Shown: positions 37,485 through 48,093, counted from the stretch's first letter. The stretch is DNA of 64,000 nucleotides from Dehalococcoidia bacterium (GCA_965197585.1 OZ240215.1:576001-640000), one strand, 5' to 3'. The notes: a model not told the origin generated them from the letters alone. Program-made: numbers and translations.

Positions 37485-38822
37485 ATGTACGACGACACCA
37501 TAGCCGCAATTGCCACGCCCATAGGAGAGGGGGCCCTCGGTGTTGTGCGGTTGTCCGGCCCCGACTCCCTTGCGCTCGCCGGGAAGGTCTTTAGCGGCCG
37601 ACTCTCCCACCGCTATATGAGCCGTGGCCGGATAGTCGACCCAGACGACGGCTCGATCCTCGATGAGGTGATGGCAACCTGCATGCTCGCACCCAACAGC
37701 TACACCTGCGAGGACACCGTCGAGATATACGGGCACGGTGGCCCTATACCCCTGCAGGCCGTTCTCAAAGCCCTTCTCCGTTGCGGGGCCCGTGCCGCGG
37801 GCCCCGGCGAATTCACCCTGCGCGCCTTCCTCAACGGCCGTATCGATCTCATCCAGGCCGAGGCCGTACTGGATGTCATAGAATCCAAGACAGACGCTAG
37901 CTTGAGAGTCGCTATGAACGGGCTTCAGGGCGGGCTCTCCCAGCGGATCAAAGAAGCCCGCACTGCCATTTTGGAAGTCCTGGCCTACCTGACCGCGCGC
38001 ATCGACTTCCCGGACGACGACGTCCCCATCGAAGATCCCCTCCCTGCAATCCGTGACGCGGCCTCCACTGTCCGCCAACTCCTTAGCGCCGCCGATACCG
38101 GGATGGTATATCGCCACGGCGTCCGAGTTGCGATAGTCGGGCGTCCCAACGTCGGAAAATCCAGCCTCCTCAACCGGCTCCTGGACCACGAAAGGGCCAT
38201 TGTCACACCCATCGCCGGTACAACCCGGGACACGGTCGAAGAGGTGGCCAATATCCAGGGGATTCCATTTGTCCTTGTGGACACGGCCGGTTTAACCGAC
38301 ACTTCTGACCCCGTTGAACACCTCGGCATAGAACGCAGCCGTAAAGCCCTCGCCCAAGCCGACCTCGTCATCCTGGTTCTGGACTCCAGTCAACCTCTCA
38401 CCGACCAGGACATCAATCTGATTGGTCGGCTCCCGGGCAAGGGTGCAGTTACCGTCGCCAACAAATCAGACCTACCGTGCGTTACCGACCCCTCCGTTCT
38501 CCCATCGGGTGCCGTACGGGCCTCCATGATCACGGGTGAGGGCCTGGATGAGTTGAGAGAGAGGATGGTCGAGGTTGCGCTCAACGGCAAGAGTTTGGGG
38601 TCGGGTGAGGTACTGGTGTCCAATGCTCGGCACAAGTCGGCCCTGGAATCTGCAGCAACTCACCTTGCCTCTGCCGAAAATGCCCTAACTAAAGGCCTGC
38701 CCGACGACTTCGTCACAATAGACCTCACCGCCGCCCTGACCGCCCTCGGAGAAATCACCGGCGAGACCATTACCGAAGACCTCCTCCACACCATCTTCTC
38801 CCGCTTCTGCATCGGCAAATAG
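37485..38822 (+). CDS. mnmE: tRNA modification GTPase MnmE/TrmE
   Basis: DTIAAIAT, GEFTLRAFLNGRIDL, GRPNVGKSS, GTTRD, DTAG, NKSD and terminal FCIGK. Confidence 0.97.
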   Translation: MYDDTIAAIATPIGEGALGVVRLSGPDSLALAGKVFSGRLSHRYMSRGRIVDPDDGSILDEVMATCMLAPNSYTCEDTVEIYGHGGPIPLQAVLKALLRCGARAAGPGEFTLRAFLNGRIDLIQAEAVLDVIESKTDASLRVAMNGLQGGLSQRIKEARTAILEVLAYLTARIDFPDDDVPIEDPLPAIRDAASTVRQLLSAADTGMVYRHGVRVAIVGRPNVGKSSLLNRLLDHERAIVTPIAGTTRDTVEEVANIQGIPFVLVDTAGLTDTSDPVEHLGIERSRKALAQADLVILVLDSSQPLTDQDINLIGRLPGKGAVTVANKSDLPCVTDPSVLPSGAVRASMITGEGLDELRERMVEVALNGKSLGSGEVLVSNARHKSALESAATHLASAENALTKGLPDDFVTIDLTAALTALGEITGETITEDLLHTIFSRFCIGK

Positions 38823-38850
38823 GCCTCACGCCATCCTACCTCTTTATCAT

Positions 38851-38884
38851 GTCATCCCGAGGCCCCGCTAGGTATCTAGGACTT
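38851..38884 (+). repeat. Dispersed REP-like repeat
   Basis: GTCATCCCGAGGCCCCGCTAGGTATCTAGGACTT matches 24660-24693 at 30 of 34 positions. Confidence 0.7.
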
Positions 38885-39066
38885 GCGCGAACGCTACATA
38901 CCCCCCATTGTGACATCACCCCCTTCCCCTCACCCCCTCTTTTAGCTAATCTCTGCCTGCGAGCAATTTTTGAGTAACTCAAACTTCAAGTTCCCCAAAG
39001 CCCCCTTTTCGCGATCGACCGTGGATGGCCCGCGGCGCGAGAATTGGAGTGATCCCCGTCATTAAC

Positions 39067-39106
39067 AAACAATCAAGAATCGTGCCTACACCCCGCAAGC
39101 AATCAA
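39067..39106 (+). promoter_or_regulatory. Candidate operator motif, copy B
   Basis: AAACAATCAAGAATCGTGCCT-N12-CAATCAA; matches the reverse complement of 18077-18117. Confidence 0.45.
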
Positions 39107-39193
39107 ACACAAAGTTGTTTTCCTTTGATTGTCCGCGTCTCGGTTGATTGTCATATGTTAACTAACCCATATGTAACTGAAGGGCATGTGGAT

Positions 39194-39222
39194 TTGACAT
39201 TCAATAGGCGTGTGGATAGACT
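39194..39222 (+). promoter_or_regulatory. Sigma70 promoter of cofGH
   Basis: TTGACA-N17-TAGACT. Confidence 0.75.
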
Positions 39223-39319
39223 CGCGGCCATTCCGCGTGATAGCTTGTTGGACAGGCTTATTTTGACTCCTCGCTCGACTTTGACGACTCTACGGTAACT
39301 GCTACTCTCGGAGACACAC

Positions 39320-40519
39320 GTGGTCTACGTTTCCACCGATATCCAAATCGAGCGTTGCCTGCAACAAGTCTTGGACGGCAAGCCGCTATCGAGAGAAGAG
39401 GCATACCGGCTGGTCCGAGCCGAGCGCGCAGAGATTCCTGCTCTACTCGCATGTGCCGCCCGGACCACCGAAAGGGCCAAGGGGCGTCGCGTCGCCTACT
39501 CACGCAAGGTATTCATCCCCCTGACCAACCTGTGCCGAGACCGCTGCGGCTACTGCACCTTCGTCAAGGGCCCCAAACACCCCGACGCCAAGACCATGAC
39601 CCCCGACGAGGTGTTTGCCGTGGCCAAGGCCGGTCAGAAAGCGGGATGCAAAGAAGCCCTCTTCAGCCTCGGTGAGAAGCCCGAAGACGTGCACAGAATG
39701 GCCCGGACGCACCTTCAGGAGCTTGGACACCCCTCCATGACCGACTACCTTGTCGACATGTGCCGCATGGTATTCGAGGAGACTGGTCTCCTTCCCCACA
39801 GCAACTCCGGTGTGCTGGAGCGTGAGGAGATGGCCCAGCTTCGCGAAGTCACGGTCAGCATGGGCCTGATGCTGGAGAATTCCAGCCCGCGCCTCTTGGA
39901 GAGGGGGCAGGCCCACTTCGGCAGTGTGGGCAAGGACCCGGCAATACGAATCCAGACCATGCGCTACGCCGGCGAGATGCTGGTACCGTTTACCACCGGC
40001 ATGCTCATCGGCATCGGAGAGACCCTGGACGAACGGGTCGACACCCTTTTTGCCATCAAAGAGCTTCAGGAAGAATACGGCCACATCCAAGAAGTGATAA
40101 TTCAGAACTTTCGCGCCAAGCCCGACACCCGCATGAGGGCCCACGGAGAGCCTTCGGCGGTGGACATGGCCGTCACCATTGCCTTGGCTCGGCTAATCCT
40201 GGGCCCCGAAATGAACATCCAGGCCCCACCCAACCTGACCGCAGACGCATACCAGTTCTATCTGGCCTCCGGGATCAACGACTGGGGAGGCGTATCCCCC
40301 GTCACCAAAGACTTCATCAACCCTGAGAAGGCCTGGCCAATGATCACGGAGCTCAAGGAAAGCACCGAGTCTCTCGGCTACGAGTTGAAGGAGAGGCTGG
40401 CAATCTACCCCGAATACATTGTGGACAAACCTGGATATCTGAACCCCGTCATGGAGGCCGCAGTGCGCGGTTTCATAGATGAGGATGGCTACGTAAAGGA
40501 TGAGGAGACCCGATGGTAA
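39320..40519 (+). CDS. cofG: FO synthase subunit CofG (radical SAM)
   Basis: YSRKVFIPLTNLCRDRCGYCTF, GHIQEVIIQNF, QAPPNL, GINDWGGVSPVT. Confidence 0.95.
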   Translation: MVYVSTDIQIERCLQQVLDGKPLSREEAYRLVRAERAEIPALLACAARTTERAKGRRVAYSRKVFIPLTNLCRDRCGYCTFVKGPKHPDAKTMTPDEVFAVAKAGQKAGCKEALFSLGEKPEDVHRMARTHLQELGHPSMTDYLVDMCRMVFEETGLLPHSNSGVLEREEMAQLREVTVSMGLMLENSSPRLLERGQAHFGSVGKDPAIRIQTMRYAGEMLVPFTTGMLIGIGETLDERVDTLFAIKELQEEYGHIQEVIIQNFRAKPDTRMRAHGEPSAVDMAVTIALARLILGPEMNIQAPPNLTADAYQFYLASGINDWGGVSPVTKDFINPEKAWPMITELKESTESLGYELKERLAIYPEYIVDKPGYLNPVMEAAVRGFIDEDGYVKDEETRW

Positions 40520-41679
40520 TTGATACTGCATTTCCCGGAGTCGTTGAATCCAGCCTTGACCGGCTTCTTTCGGCCGTCGAGCCGGAAACGGCGCGTATCC
40601 TGGACAGGGCCTTGAACGGCGTAGATATCGAGGTGGAAGAGGCCATAAAGCTCTTCGACGCAAAGGACCTGGAGCTTCACGCTCTCTGCGCCGCCGCCAA
40701 CGAGCTCCGAAAACGCACCGTCGGCGACATGGTCACCTTCGTTACGGTGCGCAACATCAACTTCACCAATATCTGCTATACGGGCTGCAAGTTCTGCGCC
40801 TTCGCCAAGCACTTCGGTGACGAAGAGGCTGAGACCCTGTCTATCGAGCAGGTCGCCGACCGGGCCGAAGAGGCCTGGGAGGCAGGAGCTACGGAAATCT
40901 GCATGCAAGGCGGCCTCCACCCTAAGATGACCGGCTACGAGTACCGGGACATGCTGATTGCCATCAAGGAGCGGGTCCCGGGCATCCACGTCCACGCCTT
41001 CTCGCCCTTCGAGGTGCAGTACGGCAGCAAGAAGACGGGCCTGAGCATCCGAGATTTCCTGCTCATGGTCAAAGAAGTAGGCCTGGGTTCCATTCCTGGC
41101 ACCGCCGCCGAGATCCTCGACACCGAGATAAGGCAGCGCCTGACCAAGAACAAGCTCAGCGCCGAGAATTGGGTGGAGATTATAAAGACCGCCCACGAAG
41201 TCGGCCTGCCATCCACCTCCACCATCATGTACGGCCACATCGACGCGCCGGTTCACTGGGCCAACCACATCGCCCTCATCCGGGACATCCAGAAGGAGAC
41301 CGGCGGAATCACCGAGTTCGTGCCCCTGGGGTTCGTTCACTGGGACTCGCCCCTTTACCTGCAGGGCGGGGTGAGACCCGGGCCCACAGGCATGGAAGAC
41401 CTGAGGATGCACGCCGTGTCCCGAATCATGCTCAACAACTGGATCAAGAACATCCAGGTATCGTGGGTCAAGCTTGGACAGAAGTTCGCCCAGGTCTGCC
41501 TCAACGCCGGGGCCAATGACTTCGGCGGCACGCTTATGAATGAGAAGATATCCAGGTCGGCGGGCGCGCCTTACGGCCAGTACATGTCGCCGGAGGATTT
41601 CCAGAGCCTGATTAAGGACATTGGCCGTATCCCCGCCCAGCGCACCACGTCCTACGACATCATCAGGGTATTCGATTAG
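40513..41679 (+). CDS. cofH: FO synthase subunit CofH (radical SAM)
   Basis: RNINFTNICYTGCKFCAF, QGGLHP, PGTAAEIL, EFVPL, IQVSWVK, GGTLMNE.ISR.AG; overlaps cofG. Confidence 0.95.
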   Translation: MVIDTAFPGVVESSLDRLLSAVEPETARILDRALNGVDIEVEEAIKLFDAKDLELHALCAAANELRKRTVGDMVTFVTVRNINFTNICYTGCKFCAFAKHFGDEEAETLSIEQVADRAEEAWEAGATEICMQGGLHPKMTGYEYRDMLIAIKERVPGIHVHAFSPFEVQYGSKKTGLSIRDFLLMVKEVGLGSIPGTAAEILDTEIRQRLTKNKLSAENWVEIIKTAHEVGLPSTSTIMYGHIDAPVHWANHIALIRDIQKETGGITEFVPLGFVHWDSPLYLQGGVRPGPTGMEDLRMHAVSRIMLNNWIKNIQVSWVKLGQKFAQVCLNAGANDFGGTLMNEKISRSAGAPYGQYMSPEDFQSLIKDIGRIPAQRTTSYDIIRVFD

Positions 41680-41703
41680 CCTGTCGGTCCGGAGGTCTCA
41701 GCC

Positions 41704-42216
41704 ATGAGAGTAGAAGCAAAGCTGGCCGAGATGGGCATCACTCTGCCCGATTACTCGAAGGAAGGTTACCCCGGCGCGACCTTCGGCACCATGAAGTCCC
41801 ACCACCGGGTGGGAAACGTTCTGTACCTCAGCGGCCACGTTCCCTGGAAGGACGGCGGGCCAGTCGGTATCGGGACCCTAGGCAAGGACGTCACCATTGA
41901 GCAGGGCTACGAGTCGGCACGGCTCACGGCGATCCACTGCTTTGCGGGCATCAAGTACGCAGTCGGGGACCTGGACAAGATAGTGGCCATCGTGAGGTCG
42001 TTGAACTTCGTCGTGTGTACGCCCGACTTCACGGACGTGAACAGGGTGTCCAGCGGCGCCACCGACCTGTTCGTCGAGGTCCTGGGTGAGGCGCGAGGAC
42101 TCGGGGGCCGGGCCACCATAGGCGTGACCAGCCTTTCCAGCGGCGTCTGCTTCGAAAACTGGCTTACCGTTGAGGTACAGGACGAGTACATCCCCGACGA
42201 GGTAGGGCAGGAATAG
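41704..42216 (+). CDS. RidA/YjgF family protein
   Basis: LYLSGHVP, G.LGKDVTIEQG, FV..TPDF, GATDL, RATIG. Confidence 0.85.
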   Translation: MRVEAKLAEMGITLPDYSKEGYPGATFGTMKSHHRVGNVLYLSGHVPWKDGGPVGIGTLGKDVTIEQGYESARLTAIHCFAGIKYAVGDLDKIVAIVRSLNFVVCTPDFTDVNRVSSGATDLFVEVLGEARGLGGRATIGVTSLSSGVCFENWLTVEVQDEYIPDEVGQE

Positions 42217-42341
42217 GGGCTAAGGGCACCGGTCCTTCCTAGACACACTTGTGAGCGCACACGGCGTGTTCACTATGCTCTTTAGTTGCGGAATCGGGTG
42301 GGTTTACGGTGGTGATAGAATCTTGACTATCCTTTCCCGGT

Positions 42342-43565
42342 TTGGACGGAAGCACTGAATTGCACGATCAGGCGCTTCAAGACCTACGAGTCCTGGACAT
42401 CAGCCGGCGTATTCCCGGACACGTCTGCACGAAATTCATGGCGGACTTCGGGGCGGACGTCATACTGGTCGAACCGCCCTTCGGGGACCCGGGCCGAGCC
42501 TCTACTCCCTTCATTGACGACCTGCCGGGCGTAGAGAAGAGCGGCTTCTTCCGCTACCTCAACAACAACAAGCGGGGCGTCACCCTGGACCCCGAGACCC
42601 GCGCCGGGGCCAAGATATTCATGGAGCTGGTCGAGTGGGCCGACCTCGTTGTCGAGACCTTCTCGCCGTCGACCCTGCAGTCCATGGGCCTCTCCTACGA
42701 GGCCATGAAGGAACGCAACCCTCGCTTGGTCCTCACATCTATATCCAACTTCGGGCAGAACGGCCCCTACAGCGAGTACGAAGCCTCGGAAGCCATGTAC
42801 TACGCAATGTCGGGGCTGATGTACGTGACGGGCCTCCAGTCCAGGGAACCGGTGAAAGTTGGAGCACACATCATCCAGTTTCACGCCGGTATCATGAGCG
42901 CTCTGCATTCGATGATCGCGCTCCGGGGCACGGCGGAGAGAGGCGTGGGTGAACATGTGGACGAGTCGATCCAGGAGGTGCAGGCAGGGAGCATAGATCG
43001 CACCTCCGCGATGCTCCTGGCCTACCAGTACGCAGGTTTCGTCACCCGGCGGGAGACCTTAGAGAGTGGCGGCGGCTCCGTCCACCTCTGTCAGGACGGC
43101 TATCTCAACATGTTCACTGATGCCAATCTGATACCCAAGGGATTGAACATGTTAGGGATGCCCGAGCTAATGGAAGAGCCCCTCTTCGCCACTATGGAGG
43201 CGCGTTCATTGCCTGAAAGCCACGATTTCTTCGATGCGCTGCTCGACCCGTGGCTGAAGGAACGCCACGTGACAGATGCCTTCGCCGCTGCCCAGGAGTC
43301 CCGAATTCTTTCGGGGCCGGTCTACGACTCAGCCCTTCTGACCGCCGACCCAAACTTCCGTGCCCGAGCCTACTGGACTACCGTCGAAAGGGCCCCCGGG
43401 GACATGATTCGGCTTCCCGGCAAGTCGTTCCAGATGTATGGAGGCCCGTGGGCCATGCGCCGCCCTGCCCCAACCCTCGGGCAGCACAACGTGGAGGTTT
43501 ACGGGGGTATCCTCGGATTCTCCAGGGAAGAAGTTTCCAAGTTGAAACAGGCAGGCATAGTGTAG
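42342..43565 (+). CDS. Family III CoA-transferase, subunit apparently lacking the catalytic Asp
   Basis: ADFGADVI.VEPP, NNNKRG, SISNFGQNGPY; QFHAG at the position of the catalytic Asp. Confidence 0.88.
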   Translation: MDGSTELHDQALQDLRVLDISRRIPGHVCTKFMADFGADVILVEPPFGDPGRASTPFIDDLPGVEKSGFFRYLNNNKRGVTLDPETRAGAKIFMELVEWADLVVETFSPSTLQSMGLSYEAMKERNPRLVLTSISNFGQNGPYSEYEASEAMYYAMSGLMYVTGLQSREPVKVGAHIIQFHAGIMSALHSMIALRGTAERGVGEHVDESIQEVQAGSIDRTSAMLLAYQYAGFVTRRETLESGGGSVHLCQDGYLNMFTDANLIPKGLNMLGMPELMEEPLFATMEARSLPESHDFFDALLDPWLKERHVTDAFAAAQESRILSGPVYDSALLTADPNFRARAYWTTVERAPGDMIRLPGKSFQMYGGPWAMRRPAPTLGQHNVEVYGGILGFSREEVSKLKQAGIV

Positions 43566-43587
43566 GGGCCTTTATGCTGATAGTTAA

Positions 43588-44895
43588 ATGACGAACTCGA
43601 AGCTGCCGCTGGATGGGATACGAGTCCTGGACATAACGCTTGTCTGGGCCGGCCCCTATGCCACTCAGATGCTTGCAGACTGGGGCGCCGAGGTTATCCG
43701 CCTGGAGCCTATCGACCACTTCCAACCGATGGCGCGCGGCCAACGAGCCCGCGTATCCAATGCGGAAGTGAATGCGGACACGGACTGGCATACTGCCTAT
43801 CCTGAATGGGACCCGGGGCCCATGCCCTGGAACAGGACACCCTCGTTCAACGTTCATGCCCGCAACAAGAAGAGCATGACGGTTAACCTGGGCGCTCCCG
43901 GAGGCCAGGAGGTCTTCCAGAGACTTTTCCACGTCGCCGACGTGCTGATAGAGAACAACGTACCGACCACTGCTGATAAACTCGGCATCTCATATGAAAG
44001 GGCCAGGGAGATCAACCCCGGATTCATCATGGTGCGAATGCCGGGGTTTGGTCTGCAGGGACCCTACAGGACATATCGAACTCTCGGCAGTCACATTGAT
44101 GGTGTCTCGGGGCACGCCAGCCTGCGGGGCTACCCCGATCTTAGCCTCGATTTTCAGACCGACATCTTCTACAGCGACGCAGCAGGTGGTATTAACTGCG
44201 CCTTAGCCGTGATGATGGCCCTCAGGAATCGGCAGCGCACCGGCAAGGGCCAGATGATCGAGCTGGCACAGGTGGAAAACTTCACGTCCTACATCAGCGA
44301 GGTAAACATAGACCGGCTCGCCAATGGACGGGTCCACCGTACCTTGGGGAATCGGCATCGAAGTATGGTCCCCCATGGCTGCTATCCGTGCTCAGGGGAT
44401 GACGAGTGGGTCGTGATAGCGGTTGAGAAGGAAGAGCAATGGGATGCGCTATGTGAGGTAATGGGCAGCCCGTCATGGACCGCCGACAGGAAGTTCGCCA
44501 GCTACCTGAGCCGGTATGAGCATCAGGATGAACTGGACACTCTGATCTCGGAGTGGACCCGAGAGCGAAACAAGGGAGATTTAATGTCGTTGCTCCAGGA
44601 GGCGGGAGTGCCTGCGGGGCAGGTGTCGAATCACCGGGAAGTGTTTGACGACCCCCAGCTCCGGGGTCGGGGGTTCTTTCAGCGTATCTCGATGCCCGGC
44701 ACGGGGGAGCACGAATACCCCTCCATAATAGGCCGACTCTCGGAGACTCCCAATGCTATCCGTATTCCTCCGCCGAGGCTCGGGGAGCACAACGAATACG
44801 TTTACAAAGACCTTTTAGGCTATACCGACTCCGAATACGATACACTGGTGGAGATGGGCCACATAGGCAACGAGTACCATCCCCACGTGGAATGA
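43588..44895 (+). CDS. Family III CoA-transferase with catalytic Asp
   Basis: WAGP, ADWGAEVIRLE, RNKKS, YSDAAGG, PRLGEHN. Confidence 0.9.
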   Translation: MTNSKLPLDGIRVLDITLVWAGPYATQMLADWGAEVIRLEPIDHFQPMARGQRARVSNAEVNADTDWHTAYPEWDPGPMPWNRTPSFNVHARNKKSMTVNLGAPGGQEVFQRLFHVADVLIENNVPTTADKLGISYERAREINPGFIMVRMPGFGLQGPYRTYRTLGSHIDGVSGHASLRGYPDLSLDFQTDIFYSDAAGGINCALAVMMALRNRQRTGKGQMIELAQVENFTSYISEVNIDRLANGRVHRTLGNRHRSMVPHGCYPCSGDDEWVVIAVEKEEQWDALCEVMGSPSWTADRKFASYLSRYEHQDELDTLISEWTRERNKGDLMSLLQEAGVPAGQVSNHREVFDDPQLRGRGFFQRISMPGTGEHEYPSIIGRLSETPNAIRIPPPRLGEHNEYVYKDLLGYTDSEYDTLVEMGHIGNEYHPHVE

Positions 44896-45060
44896 TTTGA
44901 CGGAACTCATCGTGGTAAGCGCTTGGCAAAGCCGTCAATTGCCGGCGTCTTGGCCTAGAGCGCCGTATTCTTTACTTACTCCCCCGACAACGTATACTAT
45001 CTTCGGCGAAAGTCGGGCGGCGGAACCATTGGCAGCCCGATCCCTTTTGGAGGTGCAACA

Positions 45061-45300
45061 GTGGCCGATATTGAAGACATAGCCCCGACCGATTACCTGA
45101 CCGAAGAACAGGTCAAGAAGGGCTACTGGGTACAGGAGACCTTTGGAAACCTGCAGGTCTGGCATCGTAAAAACCAGATAGCGCTCCTGACTATTACTCC
45201 GGACATAGAGTCCAAAGTGCAGGACATAGTCAAGGGCCGCATCCAGGAGCTGCAGGAGGTCTTCGAAAAGACGGGCTGGAAGCCCGAAGAGGACGAATAG
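45061..45300 (+). CDS. Small hypothetical protein
   Basis: 79 aa; GGAGGT RBS before GTG; plausible codon usage. Confidence 0.7.
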   Translation: MADIEDIAPTDYLTEEQVKKGYWVQETFGNLQVWHRKNQIALLTITPDIESKVQDIVKGRIQELQEVFEKTGWKPEEDE

Positions 45301-45333
45301 CAGCACCCTTTCACCGGTTCCAGGAGACCTTTC

Positions 45334-45540
45334 ATGGCTATATACGAATACTACTGTGCCGATTGCGGCAAGGAATTCGAGCTGATGAGGCCCATCAGCA
45401 GGGCGGACGAATTGGCTCCGTGTCCAACCTGTGGCGCCGGCGGGCAGAAACTCATGTCAGCGACGGCCTCCAAGGTGGACTACTACATAAGGATTCCCTC
45501 CAAGCCCGCGTTCCGGCAGCACCCGCCAGCCAAAAAGTAA
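45334..45540 (+). CDS. FmdB family zinc-ribbon protein
   Basis: MAIYEYYCADCGKEFE...CPTCG. Confidence 0.88.
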   Translation: MAIYEYYCADCGKEFELMRPISRADELAPCPTCGAGGQKLMSATASKVDYYIRIPSKPAFRQHPPAKK

Positions 45541-45621
45541 AGTGTGGGGTCGTGTCCCGCACCATTTGTTCTGTATTGGAAGACTAGGTTAACAGTCAAA
45601 TAATTCGCTAAGGCGTTTCAC

Positions 45622-45780
45622 ATGAATATAACGAGAAAAAAAGTCTATTGCAGGAAGTGTAAGAAGTTGGTCAGCGCACGTCACCAAGTCGAGGGTGAAG
45701 TGACGACCGTCTTCTGCAACGCGTGCAATACGGCCTCGTACACCTGGGACAAGGTGAGCTGGAAATACACCGGAGGCTAA
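45622..45780 (+). CDS. 52-aa zinc-ribbon microprotein (not in ORF track)
   Basis: [52 protein letters not shown]; ends 4 nt before dnaJ. Confidence 0.7.
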   Translation: MNITRKKVYCRKCKKLVSARHQVEGEVTTVFCNACNTASYTWDKVSWKYTGG

Positions 45781-45784
45781 CCCG

Positions 45785-46900
45785 ATGGCCAAGCGGGACT
45801 ACTATGAGGTCCTGGGGGTCGATCGGAATGCTGATGCGAAGGCCGTAAAAAAGGCCTATCGCAACCTCGCCATGAAGTATCACCCGGACCGGAATCCGGG
45901 GGACGCTTCTGCGGCAGAGACCATGAAGGACGTCAACGAAGCCTACGCCGTCCTCAACGACCCCAAGAAGCGCGAGCTCTACAACACATACGGGCACGCC
46001 GGACTCGATGGGTTCAGCCAGGAAGACATCTTCCGTGGGGTCGACTTCTCCAACTTGTTCAGCGAGTTTGGTCTGGGTGACCTGTTCGGGTTCGGTGGAG
46101 ACTCCTTCGGGGGCATGTTCGGTGGACGGACGAGGACCCGCCAACGTACCCGCAAGGGCGCTGACATCCGTTATGACCTTGAACTAACCCTGGAGGACGT
46201 AGCAAGCGGCTTCAAGAAGACCATTACCCTGGACCGGGCCTCGACCTGTGCCGGGTGCCGGGGCTCGGGAGCGGAGGCCGGTGGAGAGGGAGAGTGCGAA
46301 TCGTGCCGGGGGTCGGGACGCACCGTCCGGGAGGAGCGCTCGGGGTTCGGGGTGGTTCGCCAGATATTGACCTGTGGGACGTGCCGGGGCAACGGAAGGG
46401 TCATCACCGAGCCGTGTGCAACCTGCGAAGGCCGGGGCAAGACGGTCGAGACGGTGGACCTGGAGGTGGATGTACCTGCTGGTGTGGAGGATGGGCATGC
46501 GCTCCGGGTGACGGGTGAGGGTGAAGCAGGCCCCGACCTGCCCGGTGACCTCTTCGTCGTGCTCAACGTCGTGCCTGATCCCAGCTTCGAACGCCGCGGA
46601 CAGGACCTCTACGTCAGACAAGAGATAGACATTGTGACAGCGGCCCTCGGAGGCGATGTTGACGTACCCACCCTTGAAGGACCCCTGACCGTAACCCTTC
46701 CGCAGAGCACCCAGCACGGGACTACGTTTCGGCTATCGGGGCACGGGCTGCCCCATCTCAGGGGCTCGGGCAACGGTGACGAGTATGTCGTCATCAGGGT
46801 GGGAGTGCCCACCGACCTTAGCGATGAAGAGAGGCGCTTGCTGGAAGAGTACCGGCAGCTAAGAAGGAGATCTGCACAAGATGTCGATGAACAAAGTTGA
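45785..46900 (+). CDS. dnaJ: Class A J-domain chaperone
   Basis: [13 protein letters not shown] region, four CxxCxGxG repeats, C-terminal domain. Confidence 0.95.
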   Translation: MAKRDYYEVLGVDRNADAKAVKKAYRNLAMKYHPDRNPGDASAAETMKDVNEAYAVLNDPKKRELYNTYGHAGLDGFSQEDIFRGVDFSNLFSEFGLGDLFGFGGDSFGGMFGGRTRTRQRTRKGADIRYDLELTLEDVASGFKKTITLDRASTCAGCRGSGAEAGGEGECESCRGSGRTVREERSGFGVVRQILTCGTCRGNGRVITEPCATCEGRGKTVETVDLEVDVPAGVEDGHALRVTGEGEAGPDLPGDLFVVLNVVPDPSFERRGQDLYVRQEIDIVTAALGGDVDVPTLEGPLTVTLPQSTQHGTTFRLSGHGLPHLRGSGNGDEYVVIRVGVPTDLSDEERRLLEEYRQLRRRSAQDVDEQS

Positions 46901-47153
46901 ACAGGTAGAGCCTTACAGCGCCAACGTTACCAAGTCGATACTGAAGAAATGGAACGGGGTGGTGCGGGTCTGGAGCGAGCCCATGAGCGCGGTGGAGGGC
47001 TCCCAGGTCCTTGATGAGATCACTGCCCCGACTCAAGTCACCGTCTTCGAAGAGCAGAAGGATGTATATGGCTCCCTGTCCCAGCGGGCCCACGTCCGCT
47101 ACGGTGAAGAAAAGGAAGGCTGGGTGCTCTGGGACGCGATCTCGGCGGTGTGA
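46881..47153 (+). CDS. Small hypothetical protein, SH3-like
   Basis: 90 aa; VRVWSEP...V.V.E....VRY..KEGWV pattern; AAGGAG RBS; overlaps the end of dnaJ. Confidence 0.6.
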   Translation: MSMNKVEQVEPYSANVTKSILKKWNGVVRVWSEPMSAVEGSQVLDEITAPTQVTVFEEQKDVYGSLSQRAHVRYGEEKEGWVLWDAISAV

Positions 47154-47160
47154 TTTGGCT

Positions 47161-48093
47161 CTAGCGGAACCGGGAAATAACCCCTTCGACCAGTAAATTC
47201 AACTGCTCCGGCACCTCATCTGCAGGCGTCATGGCGTTGAACACTATGTGGTCTACACCTGCATCCACGAATCTCTCCACCGTCCTTGTGCAATCGTCCA
47301 CAGTCCCGAAGGCATATCTGCCATCGTCGACTAAAGAAACCTCGAACCCGCGCCGCCGGTTTAACTCCGTCTCGCCTGCTACCAGGGCTTCCTCCCGCGT
47401 GCTCCCTATGCGATAGAAGAGATGTATGGCCCGTGACATTCCTGAAACATCCCTTCCCAGTTCCTCTCCGTATCGCATTATCTTCGACCAGGATACGGCG
47501 AACTCCTCTGCATTGATGCGTACCGGATAAAAACCGTCCGCGTAACGGGCCGCCCGCTTCAGCATTCTTTCGGATACGCCGCCTGCCCAGAGGGGTGGGT
47601 GAGGGCGCTGATACGGTCTCGGTTCCAGGCGGATGTTGGAAAAGCTCTGAAATTTCCCCTGGTGATCGACGGCCTCACCGGTCCAGAGCTTGGTCATGAT
47701 TTCCAGCGCCTCGTCGGTGAGGTTGCCCCTCTCCCGCATGCTCACGCCGCAGGCTTCGAAAGCGTCGGGGTGGGAGTCGGGAGGCCCGCCCACCCCGAAC
47801 CCGACAATGATCCGCCCTTCAGAGTGTATGTCCAGCGTTGCGAACTCCTTGGCCAGCACGACGGGATTTCTCAACGGCAGTAGCACCGCCCCAGCCCCGA
47901 CGGTTATGCTGCTGCTGTGATGCACCAGGGCGCTCATGGTCATCATTATGTCCCCGGCCGGAACCTCGTTCACGAGAGCCTCCGGCACCCACACCGAGTC
48001 AAACTCCATCTCCTCGGCTAGATGCGCAAAGTCGGGGGGAGGGATTACGTTCTCGATACGGCTGTAGTGGAACCCGAACTTCGGTTTTGCCAT
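47161..48093 (-). CDS. LLM class (probably F420-dependent) oxidoreductase
   Basis: DSVWVPE, LPLRNPVVLAKEFATLD, PRPYQRPHPPLWAGG, YADG. Confidence 0.9.
   Translation of the reverse strand: MAKPKFGFHYSRIENVIPPPDFAHLAEEMEFDSVWVPEALVNEVPAGDIMMTMSALVHHSSSITVGAGAVLLPLRNPVVLAKEFATLDIHSEGRIIVGFGVGGPPDSHPDAFEACGVSMRERGNLTDEALEIMTKLWTGEAVDHQGKFQSFSNIRLEPRPYQRPHPPLWAGGVSERMLKRAARYADGFYPVRINAEEFAVSWSKIMRYGEELGRDVSGMSRAIHLFYRIGSTREEALVAGETELNRRRGFEVSLVDDGRYAFGTVDDCTRTVERFVDAGVDHIVFNAMTPADEVPEQLNLLVEGVISRFR

Noticed and set aside
39187-39219. DnaA-box-like TGTGGATTT and TGTGGATAG near mnmE suggesting oriC
   Set aside because: Only two imperfect boxes, both overlapping the cofG promoter; no dnaA and no clear unwinding element.
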